A DNA stretch of 64,000 bases from Bdellovibrionota bacterium (GCA_050950765.1 JBMNIF010000002.1:512001-576000), one strand, 5' to 3'. Counted from the first letter of the stretch, positions 19,963-29,788 are shown. The notes: generated by a model not told the origin, from the sequence alone. Made by a program: numbers and translations.

Positions 19963-20415
19963 ATGGTTCAAAGAAGAAAAACAATCCGTCCAAAGGAAAA
20001 TTATAACGAACTTCTCTACTACGGAGACCATTTCTCCCTCCCGATCTTCAGTATCTTTATCTTAGCGCTGGTATCCGTTTCGTTACACGCCTACCTTAAC
20101 GGTTTTGATATCGTTTTACACACTCTACTTTTCGGCGTGGTTATTATACTTTTTTTAGCTTTTTTTAAACTAAAAGTTTTAGTTGATAGAAACTCTATCT
20201 CTCTAATTTACGGGATAGGTTTTTTTGAAGATACTATATTTTTAGGTGAGATCGAAAGTTACGCTATTAAACCTAACCGCTTTATCAGAACTTGGTTCTA
20301 TCTTCCGAATAGCACTTACGTTTTACAGATCCGTTTTAGAGGTGGCGGAAGAGCTTTAATTCCCGCAGAAGAGCCGAAGAAGTTGGCGGCGATGCTTAGA
20401 CTACGTAGCGAATGA
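19963..20415 (+). CDS. Hypothetical membrane protein (two TM plus PH-like soluble part)
   Basis: Two hydrophobic helices followed by a beta-rich segment. Confidence 0.6.
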   Translation: MVQRRKTIRPKENYNELLYYGDHFSLPIFSIFILALVSVSLHAYLNGFDIVLHTLLFGVVIILFLAFFKLKVLVDRNSISLIYGIGFFEDTIFLGEIESYAIKPNRFIRTWFYLPNSTYVLQIRFRGGGRALIPAEEPKKLAAMLRLRSE

Positions 20416-20453
20416 TATTCTTGAATCACTTCTGTTTTTAATAGACCTTGCAG

Positions 20454-21299
20454 ATGTTTAATACTGTTTCAAAAAAATTGAAGTTATTATCTACCACCCC
20501 TCCTTGGGAATGGCCGATGGATGTAGATAAAATTTTACTTTCAATTATTACAGATAAAAACACCCCTTTTTCAGACCGTCTGCGTGGAGTAGACCTTGCA
20601 GGAGAGTTATCTGTTATAAATTTAGAACTCGTTCAAGCGCTACAAGATATTATAAGCTCAAAAGATGAATCTTATGAATTGCGTGGTGCTGCCATCTCCT
20701 CCATAGGTGCTATCCTTGAAGAAGTTAGTAGTGCCAATTACCTTAATGAGATAACGTTCATAGACTCTGAAGAAGATCTTATTAAGATTGAAGATCTGCT
20801 AGAGATTAGGGATCTTTTACATAACATCTTTAACGATACTTCTGAATTTGATGAAACTAGACGAAGAGCTTTAGAGAGCGCTGTTCGCACACCAGAGGAG
20901 TGGACTAAAGCCGCAGTAGAAGATGCCTATAAAAGCTCAGACGTTGCTTGGAAAGTAACAGCTCTCTATTGCATGCGTTATTTACCGAACTTTAAAGAGG
21001 AGGTCTTAGCAGAACTAACTTCAATAAATCCCGAGATGAAACGTTACGCTGTTGAAGCCGTAGCGGCACATAAGTTTCAAGAAGCTTGGCCTAAATTAAA
21101 AAGTATTATTTTAAGTGAATACTCAGATAAAGATCTACTTGATAGTGCTATCTATGCAGCCGTTAAAATTAAAGGGTCAACAGATCTCCTTACTGAACTA
21201 CCTGAATTAAACGCTCCTGAACTAAAAGAGATCGTCTTAAGTAGTGCGGCGTTAGAAGACTTTAGTGATACAACAACTTCTGATGCAGATAAGACTTAA
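20454..21299 (+). CDS. HEAT-repeat-like acidic alpha-helical protein
   Basis: Repeated LRGAAISSIG / RRRALES / KRYAVEAVA helical pairs; start uncertain (20448 or 20454). Confidence 0.65.
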   Translation: MFNTVSKKLKLLSTTPPWEWPMDVDKILLSIITDKNTPFSDRLRGVDLAGELSVINLELVQALQDIISSKDESYELRGAAISSIGAILEEVSSANYLNEITFIDSEEDLIKIEDLLEIRDLLHNIFNDTSEFDETRRRALESAVRTPEEWTKAAVEDAYKSSDVAWKVTALYCMRYLPNFKEEVLAELTSINPEMKRYAVEAVAAHKFQEAWPKLKSIILSEYSDKDLLDSAIYAAVKIKGSTDLLTELPELNAPELKEIVLSSAALEDFSDTTTSDADKT

Positions 21300-21329
21300 T
21301 CTTTTTCCCTCACCTCCAAGCCTAGACGC

Positions 21330-21362
21330 TTTTAACCTCCGTTAAGATCTAGCCGATTCGTT
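21330..21362 (-). repeat. Partial copy of the dispersed ~70-bp repeat
   Basis: Reverse complement GAATCGGCTAGATCTTAACGGAGGTTAAAA vs GAATTGGCTAGATATTTACGGAGGTTAAAA at 8255-8284. Confidence 0.6.
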
Positions 21363-21423
21363 CCGCAAGTATCAGCCACCTCCAATTTTTTAAGCACTCT
21401 TATCGTCAATTTTAGGTGGCTAG

Positions 21424-22188
21424 TTAGAGAGAGATCTCCAAGCCGTCAAAAGCTGCTCTTGTATTTTCAAAGTCCTGTTTAGCAACTGTTTCCGCTACTT
21501 TTCTTGAAGCAGCATCAGGATAGTGAGTAGGATTAAAGTGCATCAACACCAACTGTTTTGCTCCTGCTTCCTTAGCGATTTTAGCACCATTTTCAGGGCT
21601 AAGGTGTGGCCAATCTCCCACCTCCGGTTGTCCGATAGGGTGTGCGCATTCGGTAAAGAGGAGGTCTGCTCCCTTAGCTAACTTTACACAGTTCTGGCAA
21701 TAGCCTGTATCTGCGACATAAGAGATAACCTTACCTTCCAATTCAATACGGATCCCGATAGTTGGCACTGCATGGCGCAGCGGCTCTACCGTAAAACGAA
21801 AGGGGAAGTCTTCTGTCTTAAACGGTGCTTCAAACACCTTTACATCATAAGGGTATTTTTCAAACTCAACTGAAAAGGGGTATTTAAAGATCTGTTGCAA
21901 TTCGCTTTTTATCCCGCTCTGCCCGAAGATGGTTAACCCTGCCGAAAAATTAAACTTCATTAAAACATTAATGCCGTATATATGATCAAGGTGGGGGTGG
22001 CTGATAAAAAGATAGGTGGGAAGGCTCTGATCGCAATACTTTTCCAAGCGTGAGATGCCGAGTCCAGCATCAAGAACGATAGAAAAACGATCAGTTTTAA
22101 TAAGAAGAGATGTTGTATTACCAGCAGGAGTATCGTACCAACCGTTAGACCCTAATACTAAGGCTTGCACCTGAGCCATATTTCTCAC
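21424..22188 (-). CDS. Metallo-beta-lactamase fold hydrolase, RNase Z-like
   Basis: VLGS.G, LDAG.G, SHPHLDH (HxHxDH), Y.ADT, ADLL..E, H.SP, LVLMHF. Confidence 0.85.
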   Translation of the reverse strand: MRNMAQVQALVLGSNGWYDTPAGNTTSLLIKTDRFSIVLDAGLGISRLEKYCDQSLPTYLFISHPHLDHIYGINVLMKFNFSAGLTIFGQSGIKSELQQIFKYPFSVEFEKYPYDVKVFEAPFKTEDFPFRFTVEPLRHAVPTIGIRIELEGKVISYVADTGYCQNCVKLAKGADLLFTECAHPIGQPEVGDWPHLSPENGAKIAKEAGAKQLVLMHFNPTHYPDAASRKVAETVAKQDFENTRAAFDGLEISL

Positions 22189-22298
22189 CCTTATATTTTA
22201 TTTAAACAACCATATCTTTTACCGTATTTTTTCATAAGAGCAACACTAAAAAATGCTCCTAAAAAAATACGGCGTTATCCAAATTAAAAATCACCGTA

Positions 22299-22793
22299 TT
22301 ATCGATCAGGATACCGTTGAGATCTACTCTTATATTTACTACCGTTTCCGAAGCGTCCACCGGAACTTTTTGCAGGACGTGCTGGATGTTTTTTCTGCGG
22401 CTGCGCCAACTGTTCATGCGACGTTAAAACTGCGCTCTGCCTTGATTCATCAATAGGGAAGGGTAAGTTACGGGGTTGGGACTCATTCCAGAGGTCTTCT
22501 TCAAGTGCAAATTCAATAATTGAAGCGACGTGATCAAGTGGTACAAGTGTAACCTTACCTTCCATGCGATGTCCTTCCTTACCCGTGATCTGTTTTCCCC
22601 TGACGAACTTAGTATCTGCGATAGTAACGATCTCCGGCTCTGTCATGCCGTACCAATGAGAAGATGATTTTGTGTAAAGCATAATAACGGAACCAAGCTT
22701 TACTTCACCTTCTTCCGGAGCTGCCTTTGCAACCTTAGCGGCTGTTTTTGTAGCGGTTTTAGTACCTGTTTTTGCTGTCTTTGCGGCTACCAT
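22299..22793 (-). CDS. Hypothetical protein (Lys/Ala/Thr-rich N-terminus, small beta domain, basic tail)
   Basis: 164-aa ORF in an otherwise empty interval with typical codon usage. Confidence 0.6.
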   Translation of the reverse strand: MVAAKTAKTGTKTATKTAAKVAKAAPEEGEVKLGSVIMLYTKSSSHWYGMTEPEIVTIADTKFVRGKQITGKEGHRMEGKVTLVPLDHVASIIEFALEEDLWNESQPRNLPFPIDESRQSAVLTSHEQLAQPQKKHPARPAKSSGGRFGNGSKYKSRSQRYPDR

Positions 22794-22964
22794 AATATCT
22801 GCCTTATTAAATTATTACTAAATTATCACTATTATTTTTATCATTAAATTTATTTCCTCAAGTAGGTAGTGAGGAGTATCAAGATAGGTTTATCGTATAA
22901 GAAGTTATTGAAAATTGAAAGATCTTTGAATTATGCTTTTAATCTAATCAATCTACACCACCTC

Positions 22965-23136
22965 TTAACGTTTTTTTACAAGGAAAAACATTCCTTTGCT
23001 CTGATTATAAGATATCTACTTATAATCGATAAGGTATAGCAGGGAAGGCTCAAACTTTAGATGCGACAGCTGCACTAAGTACAGCCGTCGCATTTCACAT
23101 GGTGTAAGAACTTATCTTCCCTGCTACCGTTCCTTG
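22965..23136 (-). ncRNA. Putative structured 3' RNA element, cassette A
   Basis: 87 bp identical to 24270-24356; outer stem GUAGCAGGGAAG/CUUCCCUGCUAU encloses a 14-bp hairpin (23062-23092) whose G-U pairs form only on the minus strand. Confidence 0.5.
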
Positions 23137-23793
23137 TTAGGATTCGCATTCCTGCTCGAAGTTAGCACACTCCTTTAAGAGAGTTGCAAGCTCCTTAACT
23201 ACGGAAGGCTTAAGTTTCTTAAGCACTTCTGCATCAATAGTGCGTAGAGCTTTTAAGATCTTTACAAAAGGCTGCAGTACATCTTCTGCCACCTCTTCCG
23301 CAAACTTATTCGCAGAAGTATCTTTGTTGCCGTCTTTAGGAAAAGCTGACGATAGCTTTTTTCCGCAATCCATCAAGGATTCGATTTCAGCCGCGAAGCA
23401 TTCCCCCATATTTAAAGAGGAAAGCTTTTTAAGCAACATAACGAAGTGGCGAATACACTCCAGCAAAGCATCTACAACTTTCCTAGTTGAACTATTTGTA
23501 GGCGCTGAGAGAGCGTCTAAAATCGTCCCTCTAAAACCTTGTAGTGCTTCTGCCCACTTCTCAAAAAGTCCATTCAGAAGAACTCCGCCGTCCTTCTCCT
23601 TTTTCCCTTTTTTGAGAAAATCGAGTATACCTTGAAGAGCGCTATTCAGCTCTTTCTGTGTCACGTTCGGATCTTTCGCTTGTTCAATGATCATTGCGAT
23701 AGAGACTTTGAACCAACAATCACGTTTGGCAATACGTGCAGCTTTGCGCGCATCATCATATGCGCTTTGCCAAGGGGGGGTAGTGATGCTCAT
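23137..23793 (-). CDS. Hypothetical all-alpha protein, cassette A (paralogue of 24443-25168)
   Basis: SD AGGAGGTG; shares LLNGLFE/LVNGLFK, P..VK and C-terminal ES-stop with the neighbouring ORF. Confidence 0.75.
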   Translation of the reverse strand: MSITTPPWQSAYDDARKAARIAKRDCWFKVSIAMIIEQAKDPNVTQKELNSALQGILDFLKKGKKEKDGGVLLNGLFEKWAEALQGFRGTILDALSAPTNSSTRKVVDALLECIRHFVMLLKKLSSLNMGECFAAEIESLMDCGKKLSSAFPKDGNKDTSANKFAEEVAEDVLQPFVKILKALRTIDAEVLKKLKPSVVKELATLLKECANFEQECES

Positions 23794-23835
23794 AAGAGCA
23801 CCTCCTTTCTATGTTGTAAAACAACCCACAATTTA

Positions 23836-24010
23836 ACTTCGCTCGGTTCGGTAAACCTAGCAAAGTAGGCAGAAAACCTTCTTTATCAACCTTTATCACA
23901 ACACACGTGAAAAGTTTGATATTCTCCCTGCCTTGATGAGGTTAGGAAAACTCTAAAACCATCAAGACAGGAGTTATACCCTTTACATCTACCCTTTAAA
24001 TTGTAAAAAA
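23836..24010 (-). promoter_or_regulatory. Conserved promoter/structured 5' leader, cassette A
   Basis: 52 bp (23959-24010) identical to 25296-25347; TATAAC followed by hairpin CCUGUCUUGAUG/CAUCAAGGCAGG. Confidence 0.55.
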
Positions 24011-24269
24011 CGGATGCTACTACGTGCTGCTATATGCTATTTACATTAGCAAAATAGTACTTTCGTAAATTAGAACACCTTAACGAGATAAGACACTATA
24101 TTTAAAGCGTCTTTAAACAGTTCCTTATTGTAATCAAGAAAACACCTTTTTTTCAAGTCAGGAAGGGCTTGAAAGGGCTTACCTTTTATTTTGCCTTAAA
24201 TATTTTTGATTGCGTAAAAGGGGTATTTTTAAAGGAAAAAAGCACTATGCTTTTAAGTCATAAGATCTT

Positions 24270-24442
24270 TTAACGTTTTTTTACAAGGAAAAACATTCCT
24301 TTGCTCTGATTATAAGATATCTACTTATAATCGATAAGGTATAGCAGGGAAGGCTCTCAAACTTTAGTTAGGTGCGGCAAGTCACATCTGCAACTTGCCG
24401 CACTTTCCGAAGTGCGAAAACCTCTTCTGCTATCCCTTTTTT
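24270..24442 (-). ncRNA. Putative structured 3' RNA element, cassette B
   Basis: Same architecture as 22965-23136, with an inner hairpin of different sequence (GUGCGGCAAGUUGC/GUGACUUGCCGCAC, 24372-24403) at the same position. Confidence 0.5.
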
Positions 24443-25168
24443 TTAGGATTCGCTGGAGTCGTCGTCAGGATCTTCGTAGTCTTCCAATAGATCCTTGAGT
24501 CTCGCTTCCGCGTTGCCTGTGGGATCTTCTACCCCATTAGCTTCACGAAGATACGCTTCAAGACACAAAACGAAACGAAGCATATCTTCCGAGGCATCTA
24601 CGAATTTCTTAACTATAGCAGGATCCGCCGTTTTAAACACGCGTTTCTCGCTGAACAAAGCGCTTAAGAGCCTCTTGAGAGGTTCTACCGTACCTTTTAA
24701 TTCGGTATCCAGAAGCTTCTTAAGCGAAGTTCCTCCCTGATCGCCTTCGCAGTTTTCGAAGAAGCTTTTATACAGCTCCCCATGATAATCCAGCAAGCCT
24801 TTGATCCTCTTTATTGCACTATTCGTGCAGCCTTCTCTCTCAATTACGATTGAGAGAGCATAATCGAAGATCTCCAGCACAGCATCTAAGAACTTCTCGA
24901 CTACTGGAAGAAGGTCAGGCGCATTAAGCGTTTTTTTGTCAGCGAATACAACTTTCCTGATAATTACGCCGAGCTTCTTCAGCTCTTCCGTCATCGCCTT
25001 AAAAAGTCCGTTTACAAGGGCGGTTTCGTTTTCGCTCTTAGCTAACGCTTCGAGGAAGATTGAAATCAATACTTGCAGAGATTTCGTTAGATCGTACGCA
25101 GCTTGAAAAATTCGAGCCTTGTGACACTTACAATTAGGGTCATAAAAACCCTGCTTTTCGATGCTCAT
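24443..25168 (-). CDS. Hypothetical all-alpha protein, cassette B
   Basis: ATG at 25168 (MSIEK) after SD GGAGGTG, matching the MSITT start of cassette A; acidic tail. Confidence 0.75.
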   Translation of the reverse strand: MSIEKQGFYDPNCKCHKARIFQAAYDLTKSLQVLISIFLEALAKSENETALVNGLFKAMTEELKKLGVIIRKVVFADKKTLNAPDLLPVVEKFLDAVLEIFDYALSIVIEREGCTNSAIKRIKGLLDYHGELYKSFFENCEGDQGGTSLKKLLDTELKGTVEPLKRLLSALFSEKRVFKTADPAIVKKFVDASEDMLRFVLCLEAYLREANGVEDPTGNAEARLKDLLEDYEDPDDDSSES

Positions 25169-25191
25169 ATGAGCACCTCCTTCCATAAATT

Positions 25192-25347
25192 ACTTCACTC
25201 GGTAAACCAAGCAAAGAAGACAGAAAACCTTTCACTTCGGTGAAAGTTTAAAGTTTGATATTCCCTGCCTTGATGAAGTTAGAAAAACTCTAAAGCCATC
25301 AAGACAGGAGTTATACCCTTTACATCTACCCTTTAAATTGTAAAAAA
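25192..25347 (-). promoter_or_regulatory. Conserved promoter/structured 5' leader, cassette B
   Basis: Homologous to 23836-24010, including the 12-bp hairpin. Confidence 0.55.
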
Positions 25348-25675
25348 ACGCACACCCCCTATATATTATCATATCTTAACAAAATAGTGCTTCCGTAAAC
25401 TAGATAAGTCACCTTATTTGGAACATTTTTTAAAATCTCCTCAACTTATTAAATGAGGGAGATCTTTTTTAAGCGCCAAGACCTTGAAAGGATTTACTTT
25501 TAAGTGAGTGTTAAATATCTTCTAATTGTGTCAAAATCATACTTTAAAGGAACAACGTACGGTCTAAAAACAGACTTTACACCTTCCAGATTGTGATAAT
25601 TTGAATTATTGAAGAGAGCAAGGCGTGCAGCAACCTACTTCGCTTTTATTTTAGAGAGATATAAGGATTTTAATT

Positions 25676-26560
25676 ATGGGAACAGAGAGACATATAAAGA
25701 TCAGGGTCGGCTTAGCTGAAATGTTAAAAGGCGGTGTAATTATGGATGTAGTTACTCCGGAACAGGCTAAGATTGCAGAAAATGCCGGTGCTGCTGCCGT
25801 GATGGCGTTAGAAAGGGTTCCGGCTGATATTAGGAGAGATGGCGGTGTAGCCAGAATGGCTTCAATAGACGTTATTGAAGGGATTAAAAGAGTTGTAACT
25901 ATTCCGGTTATGGCGAAGGTCAGGATCGGTCATTTTGTTGAAGCTCAAGTTTTGCAAGCCTTAGGGGTGGATTTTATAGATGAAAGCGAGGTGCTAACCC
26001 CTGCCGATGATAAATTACACATCGATAAGTTCGCCTTTGATACGCCTTTTGTCTGCGGCGCTAGAGATTTAGGCGAAGCATTAAGACGTATCAGTGAGGG
26101 TGCTGCTATGATTAGAACGAAGGGTGAGGCTGGATCCGGCAACATCGTTGAAGCAGTGCGACATATGCGTACCGTCATGAGTCAGATTAAAGCGTTAAAA
26201 GGCTTAGATGATGCTGAGTTAGTGGTGCGTGCTAAAGAGTTGGGAGCATCATACGACCTTCTTAAAATCGTAGCGGATCAGGGGAAACTACCCGTTCCAA
26301 ACTTTGCAGCGGGAGGAGTGGCAACACCGGCTGACGCCGCTTTGATGATGCAGCTTGGTGCTGAATCTGTTTTTGTCGGTTCCGGCATCTTTAAATCAGA
26401 AGATCCAGAAGCTAGAGCAAAAGCCATTGTAAAAGCCGTAGCACACTATAACGATCCGCAAGTATTGTTAGATGTTTCACGTGGATTACGTGATGCTATG
26501 CACGGAATTGAGATCTCTACCTTAAAGCCAGAAGAAAAACTTCAAGAGCGAGGGTGGTAG
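25676..26560 (+). CDS. pdxS: Pyridoxal 5'-phosphate synthase lyase subunit PdxS
   Basis: [62 protein letters not shown] terminus. Confidence 0.97.
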   Translation: MGTERHIKIRVGLAEMLKGGVIMDVVTPEQAKIAENAGAAAVMALERVPADIRRDGGVARMASIDVIEGIKRVVTIPVMAKVRIGHFVEAQVLQALGVDFIDESEVLTPADDKLHIDKFAFDTPFVCGARDLGEALRRISEGAAMIRTKGEAGSGNIVEAVRHMRTVMSQIKALKGLDDAELVVRAKELGASYDLLKIVADQGKLPVPNFAAGGVATPADAALMMQLGAESVFVGSGIFKSEDPEARAKAIVKAVAHYNDPQVLLDVSRGLRDAMHGIEISTLKPEEKLQERGW

Positions 26561-26580
26561 AAAGTAAGTTGAAGGGTGTA

Positions 26581-26608
26581 AGCGGCAACCTTTTTTAAAG
26601 TTGCCGCT
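26581..26608. terminator. Hairpin after pdxS (possible terminator, no U-tract)
   Basis: AGCGGCAAC/GTTGCCGCT 9-bp stem between convergent genes. Confidence 0.5.
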
Positions 26609-26751
26609 GATATACTCCCACCCTACCAACCTAGACGCTTTAAAAACGCTTTAAAAAAACTTCTCTGCTACACAATAAACAAAAATCACCACCACCATGA
26701 CAGTTTTTTAAAAGCTTCGCTTTAAAAAAACTTCTCCAAACTACTCGAAAG

Positions 26752-27639
26752 CTAGGGGCACAGTTGCTGATTTAATATATTCAACAAATTTTTATGCAGC
26801 GCCCCCTTACCATTTGATGCAACGATATAACCTATCCTTGGTTCTATATTATTATAACTAATAGGACGCCCCCTCTCATCAGTCACCTTTCCCCCCGCCT
26901 CTTCTACAAGAAGCGTAGCAAATGCTATATCCCAAACCTTATGTCCGCACATTTTAATAATAGAGCCATCAATATTACCGTTAGCGACAGCAATTAACGA
27001 CTCTGGAGTTTCATCCAACCCCAACTCTTTTACCTTATCTTCCTCCAAACTTTTAAAGGGGGAAGAGGGTAATTCACAAAATACAGTTGCAACTTCTGCT
27101 TTTTTAATATTGCTGATTTTAGAAACTTTAAGCTTTGCATTATTAGCAAAAGATCCACCTCCTTTTATAGCTGTAAAGATAGCCTCAAAAGCAGGTTGCG
27201 CCAGTATGGTATGAGTTGCCTCAAAGTTTTCTAATCTAGTGAGTGAAATAAGATAATACGGATCCCCCTCCACAAAACGTCTAGTATGGTCTAACGGATC
27301 AAGGATCCAAACTGGTTCAGATGGGAACTTTTTACATCTTTTCAGGAAACTAAGATCTTCTTCACTAATACACCCTTCATGCGGATACCGTTCTGATAAA
27401 AAGCGCATAATCTCTTCTGAAGAATATCGATCAGCAACCGTTACACAAGATCCATCTTCTTTCTCTTCGATGGGTAAATTTTTGTGATTTCTCCTCATCA
27501 TCTCTAAGTGTTTAGCAACAACACCGATATGTTCTATCAACTCAGGAAAAGAAGTAGCTACATAGCGCTGCGTATGAAAACAAGCGTTTACTAACTTAGT
27601 AAAAGATGAAGCAGGAATTTGTTTTAAGGAACCCATCAT
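26752..27639 (-). CDS. Inositol monophosphatase/CysQ family phosphatase
   Basis: VT.AD, SEE, WILDPLDHT, WDIA...LVEEAGG.VTD motifs. Confidence 0.85.
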   Translation of the reverse strand: MMGSLKQIPASSFTKLVNACFHTQRYVATSFPELIEHIGVVAKHLEMMRRNHKNLPIEEKEDGSCVTVADRYSSEEIMRFLSERYPHEGCISEEDLSFLKRCKKFPSEPVWILDPLDHTRRFVEGDPYYLISLTRLENFEATHTILAQPAFEAIFTAIKGGGSFANNAKLKVSKISNIKKAEVATVFCELPSSPFKSLEEDKVKELGLDETPESLIAVANGNIDGSIIKMCGHKVWDIAFATLLVEEAGGKVTDERGRPISYNNIEPRIGYIVASNGKGALHKNLLNILNQQLCP

Positions 27640-27752
27640 ATCTAAACAAGGTATACTAAGGCACAGGCTCTATTATCACCCCTCTTTATAAGTTCATTAC
27701 ATATTTCACGGCAGCTACTTCAAAGGAGTAGCATCTCTTAGAAAAAAAATTA

Positions 27753-29507
27753 TCATACCGCTTCAGCACCTTGAATCTGAAGTTGAATCTCTAAGAGACC
27801 GTTAAAAGAGTTTAGTGTAGGACGACACGCTAAATTAACCACGCCCCCCCGTTTTATAGCAGGATGTGAAGTTTGATTCCAGAGTAACGCCGGAAGGGTG
27901 CGTTTTCCATCCGACACCAGAGCCTTTAAATGTGTGCTTTTTAAGGTAAATGTCTCCACTATACGTAGATTTTTCAATAAGATCACAGGCGCAGGATTGC
28001 CTATGCCGTAAGGGGTAAAGATAGCAAGCTCATCGATAATTTTAGGTGTTAACTCTGATAGATCCGCTACGGTATCAACTTCACAGATCGGAAAAAGATC
28101 ATCGGGGCTAAGTTGTCTTTCTGCTTCATTATTAAAAGCTATACTAAAAGCCGAGATATTTTTTTCATCTAACGAAAACCCTCCGGCACCGACATGACCG
28201 CCGTAACCTAGTAAATAATCCGCACAATTTTTTAAAGCTTCAACAACATTAAAACCTTTAATACCACGACAAGATCCTTTAAAAACTCCATTCTCATCAG
28301 ATCCGATAATAGCAGTCGGACGGTAAAAGGTCTCAGCGATACGTTGTGCTACAATCCCGACTACACCTGTATGAAAACTTTTATCACCTACCACGATACC
28401 GTACGGCAAACGTGTCATTAGCGAGATACGAAAGGCGACCTCTTTTTTTATTTTTTTCTCGAGATCTTGACGTTCAGCATTCAAACGATCAAGTTTATTT
28501 GCTAAAGAATCAGCTCTTTTTCGATCTGATGTTGTTAGAAGTTCAATCACCATCTCGCCGCTCGACATCCTTCCCGCTGCATTGATTCTAGGCCCCACAC
28601 CGAAAGAGATATCAGTAGCGCTAAGATTTTTTTTAACACCACTTACATTTAATAAAGCTCTTAAACCCACCCTCTGTGTAGTGTTTAAACGCTCCATGCC
28701 ACGCTTTGCGATTACTCGATTTGCTCCTAATAGCGGCACCATATCGCAGATCGTTCCCAAGCAGGAGAACTCCAGATAATCTCTAACATCAACAGCGGCA
28801 GCTTGCGGTAAAAAAGTTCTAAGTGCCGCTATAAAATACCACGTTAAACCTGCAGCACATAATTGCAGATCTGAAAAACCGCACCCCTCTTGCTCCGGAT
28901 TTATAAAGCTATCAACCTCAAGTGGCTTTGTCCCGAGGTGATGGTGATCGATAACGATAGTTATTAAGTCACGCTCTTTTGCATAAAGAAGTTCGGAATA
29001 ATTTGTAGAGCCGAAATCAAGAGCTAAAAGGATACCGCAGCCCTCGTCAACTACTTCATCTATCATCCTTTTATTTAAGCCGTAACCTTCTGTAAAACGA
29101 TCAGGCACAAAGACTTTCGCCTCAATCCCGATCTCAGAAAAAAATGTTTTCAACATAGCTCCGCTACTTAAGCCGTCAACATCAAAATCGCAGCAGATAG
29201 CTATGGTTTTCCCACGCTCCAGCCCTTCCTTTAAGATTAGGCAAGCTTCACTAAGATTTTTTAATTTATCAGGATGCGGCAGATCGGAACGTAAAGTTGA
29301 ATCTAAAAATGATCGCAGCTCTTCCCCAGCCTCAAACCCACGTGCTGCCAAAACTCGCGCCGTTAACGGAGAGAAATTAAATTCTTTTTGTATTTTTTCA
29401 ACGGAATCGGTATTTGGTGATTTTACCCTTATTTTTTTTAGAAGGGGCAAAGGCTTTAATACTTCTACCCCTTCAAACACCATCTCTTCACAACAATTAT
29501 TCATCAT
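27753..29507 (-). CDS. recJ: Single-stranded-DNA-specific exonuclease RecJ
   Basis: DFDVDG, PDRFTEGYG, IDHH, LGTICDMVPL..NR, GPRINAAGR, GGH..AGG, PYG.GNP.P. Confidence 0.95.
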   Translation of the reverse strand: MMNNCCEEMVFEGVEVLKPLPLLKKIRVKSPNTDSVEKIQKEFNFSPLTARVLAARGFEAGEELRSFLDSTLRSDLPHPDKLKNLSEACLILKEGLERGKTIAICCDFDVDGLSSGAMLKTFFSEIGIEAKVFVPDRFTEGYGLNKRMIDEVVDEGCGILLALDFGSTNYSELLYAKERDLITIVIDHHHLGTKPLEVDSFINPEQEGCGFSDLQLCAAGLTWYFIAALRTFLPQAAAVDVRDYLEFSCLGTICDMVPLLGANRVIAKRGMERLNTTQRVGLRALLNVSGVKKNLSATDISFGVGPRINAAGRMSSGEMVIELLTTSDRKRADSLANKLDRLNAERQDLEKKIKKEVAFRISLMTRLPYGIVVGDKSFHTGVVGIVAQRIAETFYRPTAIIGSDENGVFKGSCRGIKGFNVVEALKNCADYLLGYGGHVGAGGFSLDEKNISAFSIAFNNEAERQLSPDDLFPICEVDTVADLSELTPKIIDELAIFTPYGIGNPAPVILLKNLRIVETFTLKSTHLKALVSDGKRTLPALLWNQTSHPAIKRGGVVNLACRPTLNSFNGLLEIQLQIQGAEAV

Positions 29508-29635
29508 AAGTTATCTTTTAACACAGAACCTCTCCTCGTTCATCTCCTTTACTGACTTCTCTTTCAACTAAATTTCTCCAGTGTGAAAAATCTAAGATAT
29601 TGGAATATAAGAAGAAGTTTTTAAGTATTTTTATC

Positions 29636-29776
29636 CACTGGGGACAGCAGAACGGGCTAATACTGAAAACTGAATTGGCTAGTTTTCTACGAAGGTTAAA
29701 GTGCCGCCCTTCAGGGACGATTGAGCGGTCTGCTACTAAAAACTGAATTAGCTAGATCTTTACGAAGGTCAAAAAT
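29636..29776 (+). repeat. Dispersed ~70-bp repeat family, locus 2 (two tandem units)
   Basis: GGGACAGCAGAACGGGCTAATACTGAAAACTGAATTGGCTAG...ACGAAGGTTAAA, followed by a second diverged unit. Confidence 0.85.
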
Positions 29777-29788
29777 ATTCTTGTACAA

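Noticed and set aside
23951..23959. GTTTTAGAG (Cas9 repeat/sgRNA-like start) on the minus strand of cassette leader A
   Set aside because: Only 9 nt, not conserved in leader B (GCTTTAGAG), and no Cas9 or array present
22965..25347. Integron cassettes/attC sites or a retron
   Set aside because: No RYYYAAC...GTTRRRY ends recognised, no integrase or RT, and each ORF appears to have its own promoter
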